From assembly GCA_964547475.1 (NCBI GenBank), contig CAZJNQ010000008.1, forward strand, positions 239-64,238: DNA of 64,000 nucleotides, read 5' to 3'. Source of the stretch: an uncultured Porphyromonadaceae bacterium. GTDB taxonomy: Bacteria; Bacteroidota; Bacteroidia; Bacteroidales; UBA12481. This document shows, one piece after another, positions 7,822 through 16,381 of the stretch. Made by a program: the position numbers and the translations under genes. Position 1 is the stretch's first letter. Every line of letters begins with the position of its first letter. A model generated the notes under the pieces. That model was not told the DNA's origin and ran no database searches. It saw nothing but the letters and a program-made list of their open reading frames with translations.

Positions 7822-10800
7822 GAAGACTGGTTTTGACCGGAATGCTTGTCATTTTCTGGCTGAGTGCTGCAGGCCAGGGTGGGGTGAATCGTACCGGTCC
7901 GGCAGTGAGCCCGGCGCCCCAATTTTCACATGAACACGGATTCTACCGGGAGCCGGTTGTACTGACCTTGACAGTCCCGGGTGGCAACGGGATCATCCGT
8001 TATACGCGGGACGGATCCGATCCCGGTCCTTCCTCAACCGTTTATACCACTCCGATCCTGATCGATACCACGACAGTCATAAAAGCGGGGACATTTACGG
8101 ATAATCCCTGGCCTTCACCCGTGGTAACCCATACTTTTCTGATCAACGATTCAACGGATCTCCCGGTTTTCAGTATTTCAACCGATCCGAAAAACCTATG
8201 GGATCCGGATTCGGGCATTTATATGGAGGGGAGAAATTACGTCTGGGGCTGGGGAAACGGGAATTTCTGGCAGGATTGGGAAAAAGAGGCATTTGTCGAA
8301 TTCTTCGAGCAGGACCGGGAAGTTAAAATATCCCAGAGTGCCGGATTAAAAATCTCAGGAGCACTGACCCGCACGGCAAGTCAGAAATCCCTTCGACTCA
8401 TTGCCAGGTCTGAATATGGACCTGCCAAGTTTAATTATCCGTTTTTTAAGGATAAACCGATCTTATCCTTCAATGAAATCAAGCTGAGGACATCGGGTAA
8501 CGACTGGGCCTTCAGCATGATGAAAGACGGACTTCTTCAAACCATGGTTGCCGGCAGGATGGACATAGAATATCAGGCTTACAGACCTTCAATTGTCTTT
8601 CTGAACGGGGTTTACTGGGGAATTCACAACATACGTGAAATGATCGGCAACGATTATATCGAGGAAAACCACGGTTTTGACAAGAATAATTTGGATTTGC
8701 TGACCCAGACGGGACTTGTTAAAGAAGGGGACTTCCTCGCTTATGAAGAGCTGATTACTTTTATCAGAACTCACGATGTTTCAAATCCTGAAAATTACCA
8801 ATGGATCAGCAAACGAATGGACATCCAGGAGTTTATAAACTATGACATAGCCCAGATCTTTTTTGCGAATTATGATTGGCCTGCCGGTAACATTAAATAC
8901 TGGAAACCGAGAATTGCGGATGGAGTCTGGCGTTGGATAATATTTGACCTGGACTTTGCTTTCGAATATCCCTATTTCAATTCAGTTAAGTGGGCGACAC
9001 GTGACAGCGTGGCAGATCCAAGCGGCTCGGCTGACCTTTTCAGGATACTTCTGGGGAATCCTGAATTCAGAAAACAGTTTGTCAAGACGTTTCAATACCA
9101 CCTCAACACGACTTTCCAACCCGACCGTCTGGTTCACATGATAGATAGCCTGCAGGCAAACATTGACCGGGAAATGAAGAGCAGACATATAAAAAGATGG
9201 GAAGGTTATCACGGATGGACTTACATGGATGATAAACTGGGATATCTTGAAACACCCTGGCTGGCCAGCTATGACCAATGGCTGAATAATGTGGAAAAGC
9301 TCAGGGATTTCGCCAGAAAACGTCAGGCGGCTGTTATCAGACAGTTGCAGGATTACTTCCAAAAGGGCAATGCTGAAGAACTCAATTTCGTAACCGATCC
9401 TCCAGATGGTGGGCTGATTTTTGTTGATAATAACTGGATCGACAACCATTCAGTTGACGGTTCTTATTTCGCAGGTGAGGATCTTGCCTGCCGGGCTTTG
9501 CCTGAACAGTTGTACCGGTTTGATCGTTGGGAGATCCGGTCGAACAAACAGAATGCAGGGGATACGGTTGCCCTGATACCTCCTTTGAGCCGGTGGAAGT
9601 ACCTGGATACCGGTATTTATCTGGATGAGCATTGGCGGGATTCAGAAATTAGCTCCGCCTGGCCGGAAGGGAGGGGAATCCTGGGCTACAATAACGACGA
9701 AATAGCAACTGAACTTTCTTACGGCTCAGATCCTGCCAACAAACATGTTTCTTACCTGTTCACCGGTACCTTCAGAATTCAGTCTGCCGGGCAATGGGCC
9801 AAAATGAACATCGGACTTCTGAGGGACGATGGTGCGGTGGTGTATCTGAACGGTGTTGAGGTGATCCGTTCCAACATGCCGGGAGTTTCGGATTTTAATA
9901 CCCTGGCTTCTTCAGGAGTCGACGGTCCGGATGAACTGACATACCATTCATTCGACATTCCGGTTGCATTGCTCCGGAACGGCGACAATAAAATCGCTGT
10001 GGAGGTGCACCAGGCCAGCCTCTCCAGTCCGGATCTTACGTTTGACTTGTCACTGAAGGGTGTGGTCGGCAACAGTGACACGGAGACCACCTATTCTGTT
10101 GAAAACCCTGTGTCTTTGACTTTCGATTGGGCGTCTGAAATAATCGCCCACTTCAGTTATCAGGGCGAGATGCCTGACATCAGCATTAATGAAGTGATGC
10201 CTGCCAATCAGTCCGCCTACCCCGACCGGCTGGGATCCTACTCCTATTGGATTGAGTTATTCAACGCCGGGAACCTTCCTGTCAGCCTGTGTGGACTGTT
10301 TATCACCGATAACCTGTCCGTTCCGGGAAGATGGCAGATCCGGGTTGGAAATCCGGAATTAACTGTCATGGATCCATATGGATATCAGGTTCTCGTTGCT
10401 GATGGCAGGCCTTTCCTCGGACCGGATCATCTGGGATTCTCAATCGGCCGTGAAACGAAAACTATCGGCCTGTCCGTCAGGACTCCTGCCGGATATGTTT
10501 GGATCGATACCCTCACGGTACCCATGCAGGATCTGGACGTTTCCTTCGGACACTTTCCTGACGGGGTAACCGGACCGGTTGTGTTCACTCAGCATCCTAC
10601 ACCTGGTAATCCTAACATCAGGGATGATCAACCGGTGATTGAACAGACCCGTTTGTTGGATGCTTATCCCAATCCTTTCCAGGATGCAGCCTGTATCCGG
10701 TTTGAGGTCCGGGAAGAATCACCGGTTTTGGTCTGTGTCCGTAACCTTAACGGGACCTTGGTCAGGTTACTGACCAACCGGGTATACTCATTCGGAAGAT

Positions 10801-10919
10801 ATGATCTGTTCTGGGACGGGAAAAACAGGAGCGGACAGAAATTGCCTGCCGGTATTTACCTGGTATCATTCATTCAGCCCAGGCACTCGCAACATATCAA
10901 GCTTGTCCTGATTGAATGA
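7818..10919 (+). CDS. Secreted CotH-kinase-family protein with FN3-like, lamin-tail and FlgD/T9SS-type C-terminal domains
   Basis: Signal peptide; IRYTRDGSDP (FN3-associated); CotH motifs QKSLRL, YWGIHNIRE, DWPAGN, WIIFDLD; LTD ISINEVM...WIELFN; CTD YPNPF...WDGKN...AGIYLV...KLVLIE. Confidence 0.85.
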   Translation: MRRLVLTGMLVIFWLSAAGQGGVNRTGPAVSPAPQFSHEHGFYREPVVLTLTVPGGNGIIRYTRDGSDPGPSSTVYTTPILIDTTTVIKAGTFTDNPWPSPVVTHTFLINDSTDLPVFSISTDPKNLWDPDSGIYMEGRNYVWGWGNGNFWQDWEKEAFVEFFEQDREVKISQSAGLKISGALTRTASQKSLRLIARSEYGPAKFNYPFFKDKPILSFNEIKLRTSGNDWAFSMMKDGLLQTMVAGRMDIEYQAYRPSIVFLNGVYWGIHNIREMIGNDYIEENHGFDKNNLDLLTQTGLVKEGDFLAYEELITFIRTHDVSNPENYQWISKRMDIQEFINYDIAQIFFANYDWPAGNIKYWKPRIADGVWRWIIFDLDFAFEYPYFNSVKWATRDSVADPSGSADLFRILLGNPEFRKQFVKTFQYHLNTTFQPDRLVHMIDSLQANIDREMKSRHIKRWEGYHGWTYMDDKLGYLETPWLASYDQWLNNVEKLRDFARKRQAAVIRQLQDYFQKGNAEELNFVTDPPDGGLIFVDNNWIDNHSVDGSYFAGEDLACRALPEQLYRFDRWEIRSNKQNAGDTVALIPPLSRWKYLDTGIYLDEHWRDSEISSAWPEGRGILGYNNDEIATELSYGSDPANKHVSYLFTGTFRIQSAGQWAKMNIGLLRDDGAVVYLNGVEVIRSNMPGVSDFNTLASSGVDGPDELTYHSFDIPVALLRNGDNKIAVEVHQASLSSPDLTFDLSLKGVVGNSDTETTYSVENPVSLTFDWASEIIAHFSYQGEMPDISINEVMPANQSAYPDRLGSYSYWIELFNAGNLPVSLCGLFITDNLSVPGRWQIRVGNPELTVMDPYGYQVLVADGRPFLGPDHLGFSIGRETKTIGLSVRTPAGYVWIDTLTVPMQDLDVSFGHFPDGVTGPVVFTQHPTPGNPNIRDDQPVIEQTRLLDAYPNPFQDAACIRFEVREESPVLVCVRNLNGTLVRLLTNRVYSFGRYDLFWDGKNRSGQKLPAGIYLVSFIQPRHSQHIKLVLIE

Positions 10920-10954
10920 AGCCTGAGGCATGGCCTCAGATGACCCAATTTTCG

Positions 10955-10962
10955 TAGCTTTG
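10955..10962 (+). promoter_or_regulatory. -7 box (TAGCTTTG) for the Hpt-to-GT2 operon
   Basis: TAnnTTTG 19 nt before ATG 10982, preceded by the hairpin CTGAGGC-ATG-GCCTCAG at 10923-10939. Confidence 0.6.
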
Positions 10963-10981
10963 TCTAACTACATCAATTGCC

Positions 10982-11332
10982 ATGAAACTTTATGACCTGA
11001 AATACCTCGAGGAAATTGCCGGCGGTGACAATGCTTTCAAGGAGGAAATGCTGAAGTATTATATTGAAAACACACCGGCTGTCCTTCAAACCCTTGATAA
11101 AAGCCTGAATGATGCTGACTGGGGCAGTTTCAGGTTTGCCATCCACAAGTTCACGCCTAACCTGACCATAGTAGGGATGACCGCCTTGGCCGGGCTGGCC
11201 AACCGTCTGGAGGTCCTGGCAACCAGTCCTGACATGATCGGGCAAATTCCGTCAGTCTACGGCGGTTTCAGAGAGGGTTTGGTCAATGCCCTTGCAGAAT
11301 TGACTGGTGATTTCGGATATCTTACTAAATGA
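10982..11332 (+). CDS. Stand-alone Hpt (histidine phosphotransfer) protein
   Basis: YDLKYLEEIAGGD...F, helical, with His in FAIHKFTPNLTIVG (compare AHKxKP/GS). Confidence 0.85.
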   Translation: MKLYDLKYLEEIAGGDNAFKEEMLKYYIENTPAVLQTLDKSLNDADWGSFRFAIHKFTPNLTIVGMTALAGLANRLEVLATSPDMIGQIPSVYGGFREGLVNALAELTGDFGYLTK

Positions 11333-11345
11333 TAAGTAGTTGATA

Positions 11346-11717
11346 ATGCCTAAGATACTTGTTTGTGAAGACGATTTTATGGTTCTGAAAACCGTGGAAC
11401 ACAGGCTTAAGCTGGACGGTTATGCGGTCATCGCTGTCTCTGATGGGAGCAAGGCCAGGGATGTTTTGAAAGATCCTGCTGCTGAAGTCAGGTTGATCAT
11501 TACTGATTTGCTCATGCCCTATGTGAGCGGACTGGAATTGATCAACACGGTCAGGAATGAAATAAAACTTGAAATCCCCATTATCGTTCTTTCAAAACTT
11601 GGAAATGAAGATACGGTCCTCGAAGCTTTTAATTTAGGTGCGGATGACTATCTGACTAAGCCTTTCAGTCCAAATGAGTTGTCAGTACGGGTCAAAAAGC
11701 TCTTAATGAGGAGATAA
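11346..11717 (+). CDS. Single-domain response regulator (receiver only)
   Basis: KILVCEDD, phospho-acceptor TDLLMP, IIVLS, GADDYLTKPF; no output domain. Confidence 0.92.
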   Translation: MPKILVCEDDFMVLKTVEHRLKLDGYAVIAVSDGSKARDVLKDPAAEVRLIITDLLMPYVSGLELINTVRNEIKLEIPIIVLSKLGNEDTVLEAFNLGADDYLTKPFSPNELSVRVKKLLMRR

Positions 11718-11722
11718 CCATA

Positions 11723-13045
11723 ATGCGCAAGTCATTCCAGCTGACCGGATTCGCGGTTTTTTGGCTTTTTCTGGGCATTTCACTGGCAGCCCAGGAAGAT
11801 ACCAGCAGGTTTAACTATGAAGAGGCTTTTAAAACGGCCCAGTCGTTGGCATGGGATGGCAAATACAAGGAAGCCAGGACTCTCTGTGACCGGATCCTGG
11901 CCCGGGTTGAAGGGGATTATGATACCCGCTTTCTCCTCGCAAAAATAAATTCATGGGATAAAAAGTACCAGGAAGCCCGTGAGCTATACGAGGCTCTGAT
12001 CAAGATTACACCGGACAGCAAAGAAGTAATTCATGGCTTTATTGATACTGAAAACTGGGCTGGTGACTATCCCGCCGCAACCGGATGGATCCGTTACGGA
12101 CTGGACCGTTATCCCGGAGATCCTGACCTGGCATACAAGCAAGCGGTTATCTATCAGCGAACGGGGGAATTGGCAAAAGCCCAGGAACTCATAGCTGAAT
12201 TGCTCACCCAGTATCCCGACCGCAAGGAGTTTAAGAACCTCTATCAAACGAGCAAGGGGCCTGTCAGGATCAACGGGGCTTCGGCCGAGTACACTTACAA
12301 CCATTACAAGCTCCCGGTTGAACGAACCTGGAATATGATCGGGCTCAAATATTATAAAAGCAACAAGATCGGAACCTTTATTGGGGGCTTTAATACCGGT
12401 TATTTTGGGAATAATACCACCCGGTTCATGGAAAATGCCGGTGTCCAGTTTGAGATTGATGCTTACCCGGTCATACCGGGGAAAAAGCGATCTTATCATT
12501 TCAACCTGGGTCTGTCGCCGAGCTCCAATTTTGCCCGGCAGAAAGCCGGAGCCCATATCTATAACGGATTTGGCAAGGGATGGGAGCTAGAAGCCGGTTT
12601 TAATTTCATGCGATTCCGAAATGCATCAGATACCGTTAAAGTCCTGATTGCGGATGCAGGCTTGTCAAAGTATTTTGGTGATTACATCGGGGGTGCCGCT
12701 GTCAGTTTCTCGCCTATTGATGGGAAGGTTGCCATGGGTGCCAACCTGACGGTCAGGAAATATTTTTCGAACCCGGAGGGTTGGCTCCAGTTGTCTCTGG
12801 GTTACGGAATTTTTCCCGATAACCCTCTCTATTACCTGAATGATCCCAATTACGTTCCAAACCAGTTGCTTGCTTCCTACAACATCCTCCTGGCTGCCCG
12901 GTATCAAATGTCGGAAAGGTGGATCGGACGTGTTTATGCAGGGTATCAATATGAAGAATACCGTATTGACCAGTTACGCCATAACTTAACCCTTAACCTG
13001 GCTTTAATATACTTGTTCAGGAACTCTGCGGATCGTAAAAATTAA
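11723..13045 (+). CDS. TPR + YaiO-type outer-membrane beta-barrel protein
   Basis: Signal peptide; about 150 aa of TPR (LAWDGKYKEAR, LAKINSWDKKYQEA, NWAGDY); then alternating aromatic/hydrophobic strands including QFEIDAYP and GWELEAG. Confidence 0.75.
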   Translation: MRKSFQLTGFAVFWLFLGISLAAQEDTSRFNYEEAFKTAQSLAWDGKYKEARTLCDRILARVEGDYDTRFLLAKINSWDKKYQEARELYEALIKITPDSKEVIHGFIDTENWAGDYPAATGWIRYGLDRYPGDPDLAYKQAVIYQRTGELAKAQELIAELLTQYPDRKEFKNLYQTSKGPVRINGASAEYTYNHYKLPVERTWNMIGLKYYKSNKIGTFIGGFNTGYFGNNTTRFMENAGVQFEIDAYPVIPGKKRSYHFNLGLSPSSNFARQKAGAHIYNGFGKGWELEAGFNFMRFRNASDTVKVLIADAGLSKYFGDYIGGAAVSFSPIDGKVAMGANLTVRKYFSNPEGWLQLSLGYGIFPDNPLYYLNDPNYVPNQLLASYNILLAARYQMSERWIGRVYAGYQYEEYRIDQLRHNLTLNLALIYLFRNSADRKN

Positions 13046-13057
13046 TTGACGTAAACC

Positions 13058-14734
13058 ATGAAGGGCCTGTCACGGATAATGCAAAGGATTTTAATAGTCG
13101 CTCTCCTGCTTCTTGACAACTGGGGTGGATCATTTGCCCAGGACGTGACAAACGATTCCGTTCCGGCAGCCAGAAATTCAACTGGAAAGGTTAAGGTATA
13201 TGCCATCCAGATAGCTGCCTCAAAAGTCTTCATTGAACCTGCGTTTTTTAATGAAAAACTGGGCATCAGGGACTCGATACGGTATTTCCAGAAAGACGGA
13301 TGGTACAAGTATATTATCGGTAAGTATGCCTCGAACCAGGAAGCGACCTCTAAGTTGCCGGGTCTCTCTTTCGATGCTTTTGTCACCTATTACCATGAAG
13401 ATCGGGGTCAATCAGGGGATTCTTTGCCTTTTAACGGGAATGACACGGTTTTAACCGGCCGGGAACAAATACTTCCGGATACAACTTCTCTGCTGACCAA
13501 TGACAGTATCAGGAGACTCATGTACCTAACCAAGGTCACGGAAGCGGATTCTGTTTTCAATGTGGCTAAAGACCTGATCCGGGCACGCTCTCTGTATCAT
13601 GAAGCGGTTTTGCTGGATCCTGAAAAGAATTATCCTAAGGATCAGATTGTTGAGATTGACAGGCAGATTAAAGCACAACCGATAAACCTGATCAAACGCA
13701 TTCCTCAGGCCATTTATGGGATCCTGTTTTTTATCGGCGTGATGATCGTTGTTTTGTTTATCGTTCTGGTTTTAAGAAGCCACCGGAAGCGGGTGGATAA
13801 GCAAAAGCAGAAAATCAGGGAAGGATATCAGGATACAATAGCGGAATATATTTTCACTGAACAGGAAGGCAGCACCATCCAGTTGCCTGACCTTGATTCA
13901 AAACTGAAAAAACAACTGCTGATTGACCAGATCATGCAGCTCTATGCCAATCTTGCCGGGGAAATCTCGGAGAAACTGCGAAAACTCTATCTCGAGCTGG
14001 GTCTGGACAACGAATCGATCAGGAAAGTCAGGAGTAACCAATGGCATATCCGCGCGAAAGGTTTCAGGGAACTGGCTCGTATGAACATCCAAGCAGTCAA
14101 TTCTGAAATTGAGCGATGCCTGAACTCACCCAACGAAGTACTGCGTATGGAAGCCCAGCTGGCCATGATCAGGCTCAGTTCGGAAGATCCGTTAAAGTTC
14201 CTGGATATCCTGAAACAGCCTTTTACTGCGTGGGAACAGCTCCATGTGTACGATTTGATCCAGCGGTTTCAGATCTCTCCGCCGGATTTCAGCAGATGGT
14301 TGGATTCGTCGAACGAATCGGTGATCGTCTTTTCGATCCGAATGATCAGGGCTTTCAGGCAGGAATCAGCTTTTGACAAGCTGAAAGTCTTGCTGGATCA
14401 TCCTTGTTATGAAATTCGGGAAGAAACCTTTATGACCCTCGGGGAACTGGGAAATCCTGAGGGATTGGTTTTGCTACGGAACCGCTATGAGACCGAAAGT
14501 GAACCCGGCCGCCTGGAGATTTTGAAAGCCATCGGAAAAATTCCGGACGATGCCAATATTGAGTTTCTCAAAAGTGTCAGGGATCAAAGCATTGACCTCC
14601 GGTTACAGGCAGCTGATGCCCTGGCAAGGATCGAATCTTACGGAATCAAGGGAATTGAGAATTTGCTGCAAGGCCCTGATGAGGACATGCAGGCCATTGC
14701 CCGACATATCCTGGAGAATAAAATCCGAAGGTAA
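13058..14734 (+). CDS. SPOR-like/TPR periplasmic region + TM helix + cytoplasmic HEAT-repeat protein
   Basis: Signal peptide; YAIQIAAS...DGWYKYIIG (SPOR-like); TM AIYGILFFIGVMIVVLFIVLVL followed by basic residues; HEAT repeats WHIRAKG, EVLRMEA, YEIREET...LGELG, LKAIGKI, LRLQAADAL. Confidence 0.8.
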   Translation: MKGLSRIMQRILIVALLLLDNWGGSFAQDVTNDSVPAARNSTGKVKVYAIQIAASKVFIEPAFFNEKLGIRDSIRYFQKDGWYKYIIGKYASNQEATSKLPGLSFDAFVTYYHEDRGQSGDSLPFNGNDTVLTGREQILPDTTSLLTNDSIRRLMYLTKVTEADSVFNVAKDLIRARSLYHEAVLLDPEKNYPKDQIVEIDRQIKAQPINLIKRIPQAIYGILFFIGVMIVVLFIVLVLRSHRKRVDKQKQKIREGYQDTIAEYIFTEQEGSTIQLPDLDSKLKKQLLIDQIMQLYANLAGEISEKLRKLYLELGLDNESIRKVRSNQWHIRAKGFRELARMNIQAVNSEIERCLNSPNEVLRMEAQLAMIRLSSEDPLKFLDILKQPFTAWEQLHVYDLIQRFQISPPDFSRWLDSSNESVIVFSIRMIRAFRQESAFDKLKVLLDHPCYEIREETFMTLGELGNPEGLVLLRNRYETESEPGRLEILKAIGKIPDDANIEFLKSVRDQSIDLRLQAADALARIESYGIKGIENLLQGPDEDMQAIARHILENKIRR

Positions 14735-14736
14735 CA

Positions 14737-16176
14737 ATGGGAATCCTTAAAGCCCTGCAACTACTCTTTGAATCGCTGATCCTGGTCGTTTCGACTACCG
14801 TAATGCTTTCCTATGCCATCCTGGCGGTTATATCTGCCATAGCCATCCGGCGGTATTTAAGGGCTACCAGTTTTGTGGACTATGATTCCATTCTTTCATG
14901 CCCTTTTGCTCCCACCATTTCTATCCTGGCCCCCGCTTATAACGAAGGCAATAACATCATTCAGAACGTCAGGGCACTGATGTCATTGTATTATAGTGAT
15001 TTTGAGGTTATTATCATCAATGATGGGAGCAAGGACGATACCCTCGAAAAGCTCATCGCGGAATATGACCTGGAAAAGGTGACTTATGTTTTCGAGTACA
15101 AGATACCAACCAAAGAAGTTAGGGGAGTCTATAAATCGAGGAACCGCTCTTTCTCAAGGCTCCTCATTATCGACAAGTTCAACGGCGGCAAGGCAGATTC
15201 CTTAAATGCCGGTATCAATCTGGCATCCGGGAAACTATTCGTTGCCATTGATGTGGATTGCATCATTGAATCGGATGCGTTGTTGAAGCTGGTCAAACCC
15301 TTTCTCGAAAAAACTAACAAGAGGGTGATTGCCACAGGCGGGGTCATTCGCGTTGTGAACGATTGTGTGATAGAGAGCGGCCAGGTCGCCCGAATTAATC
15401 TTCCCAGAAAGTTTTTGCCGCGCGTACAGGTCCTTGAATATACACGGGCTTTCCTGATGGGCAGGATGGCATGGTCCAGGCTGGATGGTTTGCTGCTCAT
15501 CTCGGGTGCTTTGGGCCTTTTTGACCGCGAGGTTGTCATTGCCTGCGGGGGTTACCTTGCTTCAACCGTTGGGGAAGACATGGAACTGGTCATCAGGATG
15601 AGGCGCTACATGGTTGAAACCGGCCAGCCCTATTCTGTTGCCTATATCCCGGATCCGTTATGCTGGACGGAAGTGCCGGAAACACGAAAGGTACTTGGAA
15701 GACAACGCAATCGCTGGACCCGGGGTCTGATCGATTCTCTGAATATTCACAGGAAAATCGGCTTTAACAGGAAATACGGCCGGTTTGGGATGCTAGGGTA
15801 TCCTTACTGGTTAATTTTCGAATGGTTCGTGCTGGTTTTGGAAGTTGTTGCTATTTTTTATTTCGGGTTGACCATTCTGTTCGGACAGGCAAATTATGCC
15901 TTCTTTGGCATTATGTTCGGTCTGGTGTACAGCTTTGCGGTCAGTATGTCTGTATGGTCGATCCTTTTTGAAGAGATGTCCTATCATAAGTATGAAAGCC
16001 GCAGGGATGTTCTCAGGTTGGTGGTAACCGCCTTCCTCGAACCGTTGTTTTACCATCCGATGACCCTTTATTGGGCAGTGCGCGGCAATATTGATTACTT
16101 ATCCGGTAAGCATTCCTGGGGGGAAATGGCCCGAAAAGGGTTCGCAAAGGCAAAAAATCCCCAGGCTGGTAAATGA
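14737..16176 (+). CDS. Processive GT2 glycosyltransferase (PgaC/IcaA/cellulose-synthase-like)
   Basis: N-terminal TM; PAYNE, NDGSKD, GGKADSLN, DVD (DxD), GED (catalytic base), QRNRW (QxxRW); C-terminal TM helices. Confidence 0.92.
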   Translation: MGILKALQLLFESLILVVSTTVMLSYAILAVISAIAIRRYLRATSFVDYDSILSCPFAPTISILAPAYNEGNNIIQNVRALMSLYYSDFEVIIINDGSKDDTLEKLIAEYDLEKVTYVFEYKIPTKEVRGVYKSRNRSFSRLLIIDKFNGGKADSLNAGINLASGKLFVAIDVDCIIESDALLKLVKPFLEKTNKRVIATGGVIRVVNDCVIESGQVARINLPRKFLPRVQVLEYTRAFLMGRMAWSRLDGLLLISGALGLFDREVVIACGGYLASTVGEDMELVIRMRRYMVETGQPYSVAYIPDPLCWTEVPETRKVLGRQRNRWTRGLIDSLNIHRKIGFNRKYGRFGMLGYPYWLIFEWFVLVLEVVAIFYFGLTILFGQANYAFFGIMFGLVYSFAVSMSVWSILFEEMSYHKYESRRDVLRLVVTAFLEPLFYHPMTLYWAVRGNIDYLSGKHSWGEMARKGFAKAKNPQAGK

Positions 16177-16194
16177 GGACTAGGGTGATCTTCC

Positions 16195-16225
16195 TTTGCT
16201 TTTTCCTCAAAGGTCCCTAACTTTG
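16195..16225 (+). promoter_or_regulatory. sigma-A promoter of tRNA-Arg (-33 TTTG, 19 nt, -7 TAACTTTG)
   Basis: TTTG at 16195-16198 and TAACTTTG at 16218-16225, canonical Bacteroidota spacing. Confidence 0.7.
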
Positions 16226-16235
16226 CCGTCTATCC

Positions 16236-16309
16236 GGTCTCGTAGCTCAGTTGGATAGAGCAGCAGCCTTCTAAGCTGCGGGTCGCAGGTTCGAATCCTG
16301 CCGGGATCA
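16236..16309 (+). tRNA. tRNA-Arg(UCU)
   Basis: Acceptor GGTCTCG/CGGGATC, D-arm TAGCTCAGTTGGATAGAGC, anticodon arm GCAGC-CTTCTAA-GCTGC, T-arm GGTTCGAATCC; CCA not encoded. Confidence 0.97.
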
Positions 16310-16381
16310 CTGAAGTTACATGTGATTCAGCCGTGGTCCTCTTAACGGTTTTCCCGCCTGCCCCTCAAGTTACCGGCCTGT

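Noticed and set aside
13900-14734. HEAT repeats as a phycobilin lyase or anti-phage protein
   Set aside because: Membrane-anchored with a periplasmic module and packed against a GT2; no phycobiliprotein, nuclease or NTPase context.
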